A stretch of 64,000 nucleotides of DNA from Sedimentisphaerales bacterium (GTDB lineage: Bacteria > Planctomycetota > Phycisphaerae > Sedimentisphaerales > SM23-30), in the NCBI GenBank assembly GCA_963663965.2, contig CAXXFK010000026.1:39887-103886 (forward strand). Direction: 5' to 3'. The notes beneath the pieces were generated by a model that searched no databases, was not told the origin of the DNA, and saw nothing but the letters and a program-made list of their open reading frames with translations. Each line of letters opens with the position of its first letter. The stretch's first letter is position 1. Shown here piece by piece: positions 54,313 to 62,774 of the stretch. The translations under genes were made by a program, and so were the position numbers.

Positions 54313-55062
54313 ATGACATTAAAAGTTGCAGTATTAATCCCGGCGGCGGGTTCGGGAACTCGTTATCAAGGCACTAAACGCAAACAATTTGACGATCTGA
54401 ACGGTCGCGCGGTTTTTGTGCGTACGATTGAATGCTTTGCGGATCGGGCGGATGTGGTTCGAACCATAGTTGCCATACCGAAAGAGGAAGAAGAATTGTT
54501 CGATATCAGATGGGGGGCTAAATTAAGTTTTTATGGAGTCAAAGCAATCGTTGGTGGCGCAGAACGATATGAAACGATCCGCAAATTGCTTGATGAAGTT
54601 CAAGATGACACACTCGATTTGGTCGCATTACATGATGCGGTTCGTCCTTGCGTTACACAGGGACAAATCGATGCAGTTTTTCAAGCCGCCTTTGAACATG
54701 GCGCTGCCATCCTGGCCAATCCAGTCGCCCCGACGCTGAAAAAGGCGAGTAATGATGGGTGTATTGAAGGTACGGTAGATCGGGCGGGGTTATACGAGGC
54801 TCAGACTCCTCAAGTATTCCGACCGGATATTATTCGAAAAGCATATGAAAATATTGTTAAAGTTCAAGGCTCGGTTACAGACGATGCTCAGTTAGTAGAA
54901 GCCATGGGGTTACCTGTCAAACTAGTGGAATCTGATGCCGGCAACATTAAAATTACCACGGCTATTGATATGGCGATTGCATCGGCTGTTTTAAAGGAAC
55001 GTGAAAAAGAGAAAAAGCCTAATAAGCCGATCCACCCATTTGCAGAGGATGGCGGCTGGTAG
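54313..55062 (+). CDS. ispD: 2-C-methyl-D-erythritol 4-phosphate cytidylyltransferase
   Basis: PAAGSGTR, GGAER, HDAVRP, AQTPQ, TDDA, NIKITT. Confidence 0.95.
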   Translation: MTLKVAVLIPAAGSGTRYQGTKRKQFDDLNGRAVFVRTIECFADRADVVRTIVAIPKEEEELFDIRWGAKLSFYGVKAIVGGAERYETIRKLLDEVQDDTLDLVALHDAVRPCVTQGQIDAVFQAAFEHGAAILANPVAPTLKKASNDGCIEGTVDRAGLYEAQTPQVFRPDIIRKAYENIVKVQGSVTDDAQLVEAMGLPVKLVESDAGNIKITTAIDMAIASAVLKEREKEKKPNKPIHPFAEDGGW

Positions 55063-55124
55063 CACGGGTTCTTTTCATTCAAGAAGAAATCCAGAAGATA
55101 GATTCAAATTTTATGATTCATTGA

Positions 55125-57359
55125 TTACATCTGGCCGCTGATAATTTTCCAGATATCCTGAAAGGTTACAAAGAGGGCAAAACTGCCTAATAGCGCCAAG
55201 CCCGCATAATTGATAATCTCCTGGGTTTTTATGGACAGTGGGGAACCTTTAATTTTTTCAATAATCAGAATGACTACCAGTCCGCCATCAACAATGGGAA
55301 GTGGCAGGAAATTGAATACCGCAATGGCCATGCTGATCGTCGCCATAAAATATAAATAATAGACCAATGGCCGTTCCGAGGCGATCGTATAGCTCATCTT
55401 CAATATGCCAACAGGTCCGCTGGCCGCTTTCATGCCGATAGTGCCGTGGATCATCCCCTTAATCATGACGTAGGTTTGTGCGATAAAGGTCCAGGATGTT
55501 CTCAGACCCAGTTCCAGGTTTTCTTTAATGGATTGACCTTTAAAAGTTAATTCCAAAGGTTTAAGTGGCAAAGCAGAAAGTTTGCCAAAATCGGGTTGTA
55601 ATGACAAGCCTATCCACTTTTCATCTGACGGGACTGAAACCGTTAACTGGCGAGGGGTTTCTTCGCCATAAGGGATCCAACTCAGTACGGTATTCTGGCC
55701 TTTACATTGGCCCAATTGAGCGATTAAGTCGCGGTAGTTTTGGACAGGATTATCACCAACAGCAACGATCTTTGCGCCACGTGGAAGATCTATCGAAGCA
55801 TATAGATTCTTATTATGTGGGAGGTCTTTTTTGTCAAGTTCCGCAGAATTTTCCGATTTTATGCATGTGCCAACGATAGGATGCATCGTATCCGCCGGTG
55901 CATAAATAATTCCGATAATCGGTTTTCCATTTGAGCCTGTCAAACGTTGTCTCAGGCTTGGTTCACGCCACTCTGGTGTTAATGCCAATTCAATTTCGCT
56001 GGAATCACCATTGACATCGGTTCTGAGTAATTTTAAGGGTAAAGATTTGCCGCCATGGGTAACGACAATCTCGCTGAATTCAGTTTTATCCGGATAAAAA
56101 ATGGTGCCGGCCTGTAAAACAATATCGCCAGATTCGATTCCTGCCGTTTCAGCCGGGCTACCGGGCAGTACTTCGATAACCTGCAACCTAGGCACGATAC
56201 CTAATACTGCGGAAGTTTCAGAACTACTGGCCAGTTCGATTTTTATCGGGACATTTAAAATAGTTTCACGTTCCTGATCTTTTCTCTGAATAGTGACATT
56301 TACTTCTGTGGTATCGACTTTATTCGATTGGGGCGGCTGGTATAAAATGTCTAATAACTGGTCGGCTCGCTGGATAGGGCGGCCATTCACCGCAACGATC
56401 TTATCACCAGGTGCAAATCCAATATTTTTAAGCGCTTCGATTGCCTGCTTTTCCTTCGGACGGGCGATTGTTAACGATTCTGATTGTGCGACACCAAGCA
56501 TCTGTATGCCCATTTCCGCATTCATTTCTGGCTTGATTTCGAAATCTTCAATGCTGCCGTTCGGATGAGAAACTTTAAGCTTGACTGCTTCATCTTTGTC
56601 TGCAAATGCGGCAGCCATCATTAATTCTGTAAAAGTGAATAAATCTTTTGATTCTCCATTTATCGCGATCACCTTATCGCCTGCCTGTATGCCCGCTTTG
56701 GCTGCGGGAGAATCCGGCAAAACTTTACCAATCACAGCCGGTGGAAGATCGACTCCGTGAGCGAATACGGAAATAAACAGTAAACCGCCACTGACAACAT
56801 TCATGATAACGCCGGCAGATATGACCCAGATTCGTTGCCAGAAGCCTTTATTAACAAAAGAGCGGGGGTTGTTATCGTGCTCGACGGTTCCCATATCTTC
56901 CTGGCCAAGCATTTTAACAAAACCACCAATTGGTAGAATTCTAATTTGGTATTCGGTATCACCTTCAACTTTTTTTGCTGTCGGGATGGTAATACATAAA
57001 AGACCCTTTCCTTCAGGACTATTTACATCGGCACCCATGCGGGGCAGAATACGGAAACGGAAACCATTACCTATCCGTTTTACGCCCACTAAAACAGGGC
57101 CCATCCCGATAGCAAAAGCTTCTACAAGTATACCAACGGATTTTGCTGCCAGAAAATGTCCAAGTTCATGGACCAGAACAACACCACCAAATCCCATCAA
57201 AACGATGAGAATATATCCGAATCTTTGCAGATCTCTAAAAACAAATGCTAAACCTGCAAGGATTAGAATAATGATAAACAACGGTGAATTGAAAAAAGAG
57301 GATATTGTATTCTTTTTAGGCGATTCAATATTGGTATTATTAATTTCGTTCTCAGTCAT
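55125..57359 (-). CDS. rseP: RseP-like M50 intramembrane metalloprotease with multiple PDZ domains
   Basis: HELGH, PIGGFVKMLG, AGVIMN, several PDZ repeats (SPA..AGI..GD), FNFLPLPIVDGG; downstream of dxr. Confidence 0.9.
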   Translation of the reverse strand: MTENEINNTNIESPKKNTISSFFNSPLFIIILILAGLAFVFRDLQRFGYILIVLMGFGGVVLVHELGHFLAAKSVGILVEAFAIGMGPVLVGVKRIGNGFRFRILPRMGADVNSPEGKGLLCITIPTAKKVEGDTEYQIRILPIGGFVKMLGQEDMGTVEHDNNPRSFVNKGFWQRIWVISAGVIMNVVSGGLLFISVFAHGVDLPPAVIGKVLPDSPAAKAGIQAGDKVIAINGESKDLFTFTELMMAAAFADKDEAVKLKVSHPNGSIEDFEIKPEMNAEMGIQMLGVAQSESLTIARPKEKQAIEALKNIGFAPGDKIVAVNGRPIQRADQLLDILYQPPQSNKVDTTEVNVTIQRKDQERETILNVPIKIELASSSETSAVLGIVPRLQVIEVLPGSPAETAGIESGDIVLQAGTIFYPDKTEFSEIVVTHGGKSLPLKLLRTDVNGDSSEIELALTPEWREPSLRQRLTGSNGKPIIGIIYAPADTMHPIVGTCIKSENSAELDKKDLPHNKNLYASIDLPRGAKIVAVGDNPVQNYRDLIAQLGQCKGQNTVLSWIPYGEETPRQLTVSVPSDEKWIGLSLQPDFGKLSALPLKPLELTFKGQSIKENLELGLRTSWTFIAQTYVMIKGMIHGTIGMKAASGPVGILKMSYTIASERPLVYYLYFMATISMAIAVFNFLPLPIVDGGLVVILIIEKIKGSPLSIKTQEIINYAGLALLGSFALFVTFQDIWKIISGQM

Positions 57360-57494
57360 TGAGGAATCCTGATATGGTATGAAAACTGTAAATTATTGGA
57401 GGTTTTACATTAGTAAAATCGGTATAACTAGCTATAAGAAATAGAATTATCTATTATACATTATAAATAGAGTAAATGTTCCCACTAAAATAGG

Positions 57495-58658
57495 TTATTT
57501 TGCGATAGACTTTTGGATATAGTCCCGCGCCCATTGGTCTGCAAGGATTAATTCGTCGAGCGAAGGATGGGCAGACCAGTCATGGTGTTTTACGCAAACT
57601 TCAGTTAGTTTGGCTATCTGAGGGAAACTGATCTGGTGATTTCTGAAGGCGTTTACAGCTGCTTCATTGGCTGCATTAAATACGGCTCCGGCAGTACCGC
57701 CAGTTCTGGCGACTTCAAAACCGATTCTGATGGCGGGAAATCGTTGGGGGTCGGGGGCATGAAAAGTTAATTTTCCTAATTCTGCCAGGTTTAATCTGGG
57801 TGCGGGGCAAGGAAGGCGCCGTGGGTATGTCAGGGCGTATTGGATGGGTAACTTCATGTCAGGCAAGGACATCTGTGCGATTATAGAGCCGTCGACGAAT
57901 TCAACCATTGAGTGAATAATCGATTCGGGATGGACCAGAACCTCGATTGTTTCAACGGGAAGATCATAAAGCCAGCGGGCTTCGATTACTTCCAGGGCTT
58001 TATTCATCATGGTGGCTGAATCTATGGTGATTTTGGGTCCCATATTCCATGTTGGGTGATTGAGGGCGTCTTCCAAGGAAGCGTTTTCGATTGTCGCGGC
58101 GCTGGCATTACGGAAGGGGCCGCCGGATGCGGTAATAATAACTTTTTCGATATCTTCGCGGCGGCCTGCGTGCATGGCTTGTAATATGGCGGAATGTTCA
58201 CTGTCAATTGGTAAAATCGTTGCACCCGTTTTCCGGGCTAATGGCATTATAATGCATCCAGCTACAACCAGAGATTCTTTATTTGCGATTGCGATATGTT
58301 TTCCAGATTCTACGGCCGATAATACGGCTGGAAGGCCGGCGGCTCCAACAATGGAAACGATCAAGATATCGCATAGCGGATCATTGGCCAGATCAACGAG
58401 ATGTTCTGGGCCAGCCAGAATTTCTGTCGAACAGTCTTTGAGTGCATGACGTAGTTTATCTGCCTGAGTGATATCTGTGATGACGACTCTGGGCAGATTA
58501 AATTGACGGACCTGGGCTGCCAGTTCCTGCCAGTTGTTGTGGCCTGAGATCGATATCAGCTCAAATTCATCTGAAAGCTCTTTTATAACGGCTATACTGT
58601 TTTGCCCGATCGATCCGGTTGAGCCTAAAATGGATATTTTTCGTTTCTTTGTCGCCAT
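57495..58658 (-). CDS. dxr: 1-deoxy-D-xylulose 5-phosphate reductoisomerase
   Basis: ILGSTGSIG, ANKES, PIDSEH, TASGGPF, HPTWNMGPKITIDSATMMNK. Confidence 0.97.
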   Translation of the reverse strand: MATKKRKISILGSTGSIGQNSIAVIKELSDEFELISISGHNNWQELAAQVRQFNLPRVVITDITQADKLRHALKDCSTEILAGPEHLVDLANDPLCDILIVSIVGAAGLPAVLSAVESGKHIAIANKESLVVAGCIIMPLARKTGATILPIDSEHSAILQAMHAGRREDIEKVIITASGGPFRNASAATIENASLEDALNHPTWNMGPKITIDSATMMNKALEVIEARWLYDLPVETIEVLVHPESIIHSMVEFVDGSIIAQMSLPDMKLPIQYALTYPRRLPCPAPRLNLAELGKLTFHAPDPQRFPAIRIGFEVARTGGTAGAVFNAANEAAVNAFRNHQISFPQIAKLTEVCVKHHDWSAHPSLDELILADQWARDYIQKSIAK

Positions 58659-58787
58659 TGGGGGGATTTTATGAGAAATATTCTATTAATACAATCAAAA
58701 ATAGAGACTGTATTGGCCGAAAGGTATAATATTAAGAGGTTTGCAGACAGGATATTAATCTGAAACATACAAATTTGAGGTATATAA

Positions 58788-59648
58788 GTGAGTTTTTACG
58801 AACGCAATTATTATCGTGGTGACGGCAGTGGTTTTGGGGGAGGTGGCGGAGGATTTCGTGGCGGGTTTGGTCTGCCCAAGCCATCGCCGATGGTAACTAA
58901 GCTGCTAATTGCCAATTTTGTGATCTTTCTGGTTCAGATAATAACCAGAGGAAAAATTGATGAATATTTTGGAGTGGTCGCTTATCAGGGGGGCTGGATT
59001 ATGCTATTGCAGGTCTGGCGATTGATTACTTTCCAGTTTTTACATAGTGTTCATATGGTCACCCACATATTTTTTAATATGATCGGGTTGTATTTTCTGG
59101 GGCCGTTGCTTGAGCGACAATGGGGCAGTCGACGTTTTCTGATTTTCTACCTGACTTGCGGGGCTGTTGGCGGTTTTCTTTTTACATTTTTGGGGACGCT
59201 GGGAATCGGTAAATTTATGGGATTGCTGGTTGGGGCTTCCGGTGGTGTATTAGGATTGCTGGCGGCGTGCGCGATTTTGTTCCCGGGAATCACGGTGATT
59301 TTGATTCTGTTTCCGGTGCCTATCCGGGCGGCGGCAACGATATTGATTGTCATGTATACGTTGAATGTATTAATCGGTGGTAACAATGCCGGTGGTGATC
59401 TGGCTCACCTGGGCGGGATGTTTACCGGTATTGCCTGGGTAATGGGGAGGCCCTATTTAGAACGTTTGAAGGCTAAGCATCAGGAGGGGGCTTGGGAGCG
59501 GAAGGTGGAGGATGAGCGGTCGTTTCAGTTTGAGGTGGACCGGATACTGGCGAAGGTACGTGAGCAGGGGATTCAGAGCCTGACGAAGAAGGAGAAACAG
59601 ATGCTGGCGGAGGCGACGGCCCGGCAGAAGCGGCAGGGGATCGTTTAG
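58788..59648 (+). CDS. Rhomboid-family intramembrane serine protease with small C-terminal domain
   Basis: WRLITFQFLH, HIFFNM, GASG, AHLGG; C-terminal EVDRILAKV...G..SLT..EK. Confidence 0.92.
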   Translation: MSFYERNYYRGDGSGFGGGGGGFRGGFGLPKPSPMVTKLLIANFVIFLVQIITRGKIDEYFGVVAYQGGWIMLLQVWRLITFQFLHSVHMVTHIFFNMIGLYFLGPLLERQWGSRRFLIFYLTCGAVGGFLFTFLGTLGIGKFMGLLVGASGGVLGLLAACAILFPGITVILILFPVPIRAAATILIVMYTLNVLIGGNNAGGDLAHLGGMFTGIAWVMGRPYLERLKAKHQEGAWERKVEDERSFQFEVDRILAKVREQGIQSLTKKEKQMLAEATARQKRQGIV

Positions 59649-59662
59649 AGTCTTGGGCACTC

Positions 59663-60634
59663 TTATCGTTTTTCGGCCAGGATTACCGCGCGGACGGGGG
59701 CGGGGTAGCCTTCGATGGTTCTGGTGGGATCGGAGGGATCGAGAAAGTCGGGTAGTGATTCAAAGCGCATCCAGTCGGTGCGGCGTTGTTCGGTTGAGGT
59801 GGTATGAGTCAGATCGGCGACGTGGATGTTGGTAAATCCAGTTTGTTCGAGCCAGTGGCAGGCGGCCGGGGGTGAGGGGATATTCCAGACATTACGCATT
59901 TTGGCGTAGCGATCTTTGGGTTTCAGGACCTGATGGTCCTGGGTATCGAGGACGAGGGTTTCGAGGACTAGTTGGCCGGTGGGTATTAACTGGTTGGCCA
60001 GAAATGAGAGATGCTCCAGTGGGTCTTTGCGATGGTAGAGGACGCCCATGGACAGGACGGTATCGAAACATTGGGTTTGTATTGGAAAGTCTTCGATTCC
60101 GAGGGGTAAAACGGCGGCTTTGTCGGTCTGGATGTAATGGTTGAGGGCGTGAAACTGCATGACGTAGAGCAGGAAGGGGTCGATACCGACGACAATGGCG
60201 GGGTTTTCTGCCAGCATGCGGAACAGGTAATAGCCGTTGCCGCAGCCGACATCGAGTATCCGGCGGTTGGTGAGTGGGGCGATCTGGTCCTTGATGCGGC
60301 GCCATTTCAGGTCTGAACGCCATTCGGTGTCGATTTTCAGGCCGGCAATTTCAAACGGGCCTTTGCGCCAGGGGTGAAGATGCATGAGCTTGGCCTGGAG
60401 AGTGAGACGAGTCTGGTCGCCGGCGTCTTCGGGGTGGCCGATGGTGACGGTGTCTGTGGATAGATTGATTGCGCCGGTGGGGAGGTTGGGCAGGGTATTG
60501 ATGGCCTGTTGCCATCTGGGATAGTCGCCATGGTCGATCCGGTCAATGGCCTGGCGGGTGGCTTCGATCAGCGCTGAGGCTACGTTGGCGGGCAGGGTGG
60601 TTTGCAGATGGTTATAGAATGAGTCGTAGTTCAT
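59663..60634 (-). CDS. cmoB: tRNA U34 carboxymethyltransferase
   Basis: PWRKGPF, IDTEWRSDLKW, LDVGCGNGY, SMGVLYHR, RYAKMRNVW, EQRRTDWM, TIEGYPAP. Confidence 0.95.
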   Translation of the reverse strand: MNYDSFYNHLQTTLPANVASALIEATRQAIDRIDHGDYPRWQQAINTLPNLPTGAINLSTDTVTIGHPEDAGDQTRLTLQAKLMHLHPWRKGPFEIAGLKIDTEWRSDLKWRRIKDQIAPLTNRRILDVGCGNGYYLFRMLAENPAIVVGIDPFLLYVMQFHALNHYIQTDKAAVLPLGIEDFPIQTQCFDTVLSMGVLYHRKDPLEHLSFLANQLIPTGQLVLETLVLDTQDHQVLKPKDRYAKMRNVWNIPSPPAACHWLEQTGFTNIHVADLTHTTSTEQRRTDWMRFESLPDFLDPSDPTRTIEGYPAPVRAVILAEKR

Positions 60635-60718
60635 GGCTGACAGGATACTGGAAGAAGTTGAATTTGGCAAGCGCTGTAATCGTCTATTAGGTAATGACTT
60701 GAAACGATATTTTTGGTC

Positions 60719-61079
60719 ATTGGGTTCGTTTGGATTGGGTGGTTATTGGATAAGGCGCTGGTGGCAGACAGAGTTAATATTAACAGCCATATTTTACCAT
60801 GTAGATAGTGAAGGTAGTGAAGAGAACGGCCAGGAGATTCGTAAGAGGAAAAATTGGGACCACGAATTCACACTAATTAATACTATTAATAGTTTTGGTA
60901 TTGATATAACAAAATGAAAGCATATAAGTCATTTATAAGTAATGGGATATAACTGATATTTGATTGATTGGGTTCGTTTGGATTGGGTGGTCATTGGATA
61001 AGGTGCTGGTGGCTGTCAGGGTTAATATTAACAGACATATTTTACCATTAAGTTAGTAGAGGGAGTGAAGAGAACAGCC
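60719..61079. repeat. 113-bp direct repeat, two copies (60719-60831, 60967-61079)
   Basis: About 100/113 identical by manual alignment; each copy contains TTGGGTTCGTTT, the palindrome GTTAATATTAAC and minus-strand TGGTAAAAT. Confidence 0.9.
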
Positions 61080-61096
61080 GGAGAGATGAAAAAATA

Positions 61097-61574
61097 TAAC
61101 AGCCGTACTCACCACAGAGGATTTAGAGGGCGCAGAGGGGAGCATGAACTGGCATGGGAAAAATTAAACGGCTGATTAGTCAGGGATATAGGATTTGGAG
61201 TTTTAATATAACAGCCGATTTAATCGCAAATGGACGCAGAATACGCAGGTAAGACATGAGTAAACTATTGATATATAAGAAATTATAACCACTGAATACA
61301 CGGAACACACGGAAGAAAACATGAGATTTTTAACGGCCGAACTCACCACAGAGGATTTAGAGGGCGCAGAGGGGAGCATGAAATGGTATGGGAAAAATTA
61401 AACGGCCGATTTAGTCAGGAATACAGGACTAACATGATATAAGAATAAGGATTTTGGATTTAATATAACGGCTGATCTAACCGCAGATGAACGCAGATAC
61501 AAAACAGATTTAAGATGTTAAAATAAAAGAAGATAGAACCACTGAACACACGGAACACACGGAAGGAAACAGAT
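61097..61574. repeat. Tandem duplication of a ~235-245-bp unit (starts 61097 and 61331)
   Basis: Both copies carry the same four micro-repeat modules in the same order. Confidence 0.9.
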
Positions 61575-61780
61575 ATAATTTATTGCTATAAAACAGCTTA
61601 TGGATAAATGGCAGATTCTTGTGAATGCGGTGAATTTTGGTTTTTTATGTTAAAATGGGTAGGATTGGGTTCGTTTGGATCTGGGGGGTGATTTAGAGAA
61701 TTGTTTCACACGAAGTCAGGAAGCCACAGAGAAGAAGCAGCCAGAAATACGGACCACTAATGGACACCAATATTAAAAAG

Positions 61781-61844
61781 GGTAAGAAGTCAAGAAGGTG
61801 AGAAGGTGAAAAGACAAAAAGACAAAAAGGCGAAAAGGCGAAAA
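61781..61844 (+). repeat. Degenerate octamer tandem repeat x8
   Basis: ggtaagaa gtcaagaa ggtgagaa ggtgaaaa gacaaaaa gacaaaaa ggcgaaaa ggcgaaaa. Confidence 0.85.
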
Positions 61845-62081
61845 AAACAGCGGATTGAACCACGAAGCGTTCCGCCTGAGGCGGATCTACGACCTGCGGC
61901 GCTACACGAAGAAAGGGTAGCTGTCTGATAAATGACTATAACTAATTTATTATAAGTAAGATACAGGATATTTTTTCTTCATTGGGTTCGTTTGGAAGTT
62001 GGGGTGAATATGGGAATACCGGAAGGGTTTGGTGTCTGCATTCATTACCAGCAAGATGCTCGTTCCGGCTTTGGTATTCTG

Positions 62082-62193
62082 TTGTCAAAGAGCGGGTGGG
62101 TTTTTGCTTTTTTTCGAAAGCGGCGGCCGGGGGTTTGTTGGTGGTTGGGTTTACCCGTTTGTTGATTGTAGTCCGAAGTTGTATGAAAGTCAA
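62082..62193 (-). promoter_or_regulatory. Sigma70 promoter followed by boxB-like hairpin and boxA
   Basis: Minus strand TTGACT (62193-62188)-17 nt-TACAAT (62170-62165); hairpin GCTTT-cgaaaa-AAAGC (62121-62106); GCTCTTTGACAA (62093-62082). Confidence 0.7.
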
Positions 62194-62521
62194 ATATGAA
62201 ATGAAGTTTTATTTCTGGTAAACCTGGTGGGGTGGTTTTTTGTGTTATGGGCGGGTTGGTAGATTATGGGAGTGGGGATTGCACTGAAATTTCGGAGTGT
62301 GGCTTCGAATGTTCAGGCGAGAGGTTTTTGCCTGGGGAGAGAACGTCGCTTTTGAGGAAACGGTAAGAAAAGTGTTGAACCACTGACACAGGGCGGTCAA
62401 GCCGCAACCAAGAAAGAAAACGTTCACACAAAGCCACAAAGCCGCAAAGGCTAACAGCCATTTAGACAGGATCACAGGATTGACAGGATAATAAGTTCAA
62501 GGTCATGATCTTGATGTGTAA

Positions 62522-62657
62522 GAAATTATCCAGATCACCGGACAGAGCTACCGCCTGAGAAACAAAGCTTGCCAAAAGGAAAAATCCTGATATTTTCTAC
62601 CCAGAGTGGTCGATTTGATTCGCCCCTCAATAGTCGATTTTGAACCGCCCGGTGACA
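62522..62657 (+). mobile_element. IS21-family right-end remnant (istB 3' fragment + IRR)
   Basis: 62522-62590 reads EIIQITGQSYRLRNKACQKEKS* (IstB 'G.SYR' tail); two subterminal repeats GTCGATTT..CGCCC; ends ...GGTGACA. Confidence 0.8.
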
Positions 62658-62695
62658 TTTCCCCCTATGAGAGTATTATGCTGTTGATTACTTGT

Positions 62696-62772
62696 AAACT
62701 AGAGGCAGTCACTGATTTTCTGTTCCATGATTCTTGCCCCTTGCCATTTTTATTGGTGACTGTCCCTAGTTT
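62696..62772. repeat. 21-bp inverted-repeat doublet (REP/REPIN-like)
   Basis: AAACTAGAGGCAGTCACTGAT (62696-62716) vs ATTGGTGACTGTCCCTAGTTT (62752-62772); 17/21 Watson-Crick pairs plus 3 G-U. Confidence 0.7.
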
Positions 62773-62774
62773 TC

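Noticed and set aside
56803..58449. Plus-strand ORFs 56803..57372 and 58060..58449
   Set aside because: Antisense shadows of rseP and dxr
60700..62080. rRNA or tRNA genes downstream of the boxA
   Set aside because: No 16S/23S/5S conserved motifs or tRNA cloverleaf seen; the GGTTCG hits lack a T-arm and acceptor stem
61942..62475. Short ORFs 61942..62193, 61982..62221, 62245..62475, 62264..62461
   Set aside because: No recognisable domains; they overlap promoter and repeat elements; 'PNEPN' is just the translated repeat motif
60700..62500. CRISPR array
   Set aside because: No constant 23-47-nt repeat with unique, regularly sized spacers; no cas genes in the window
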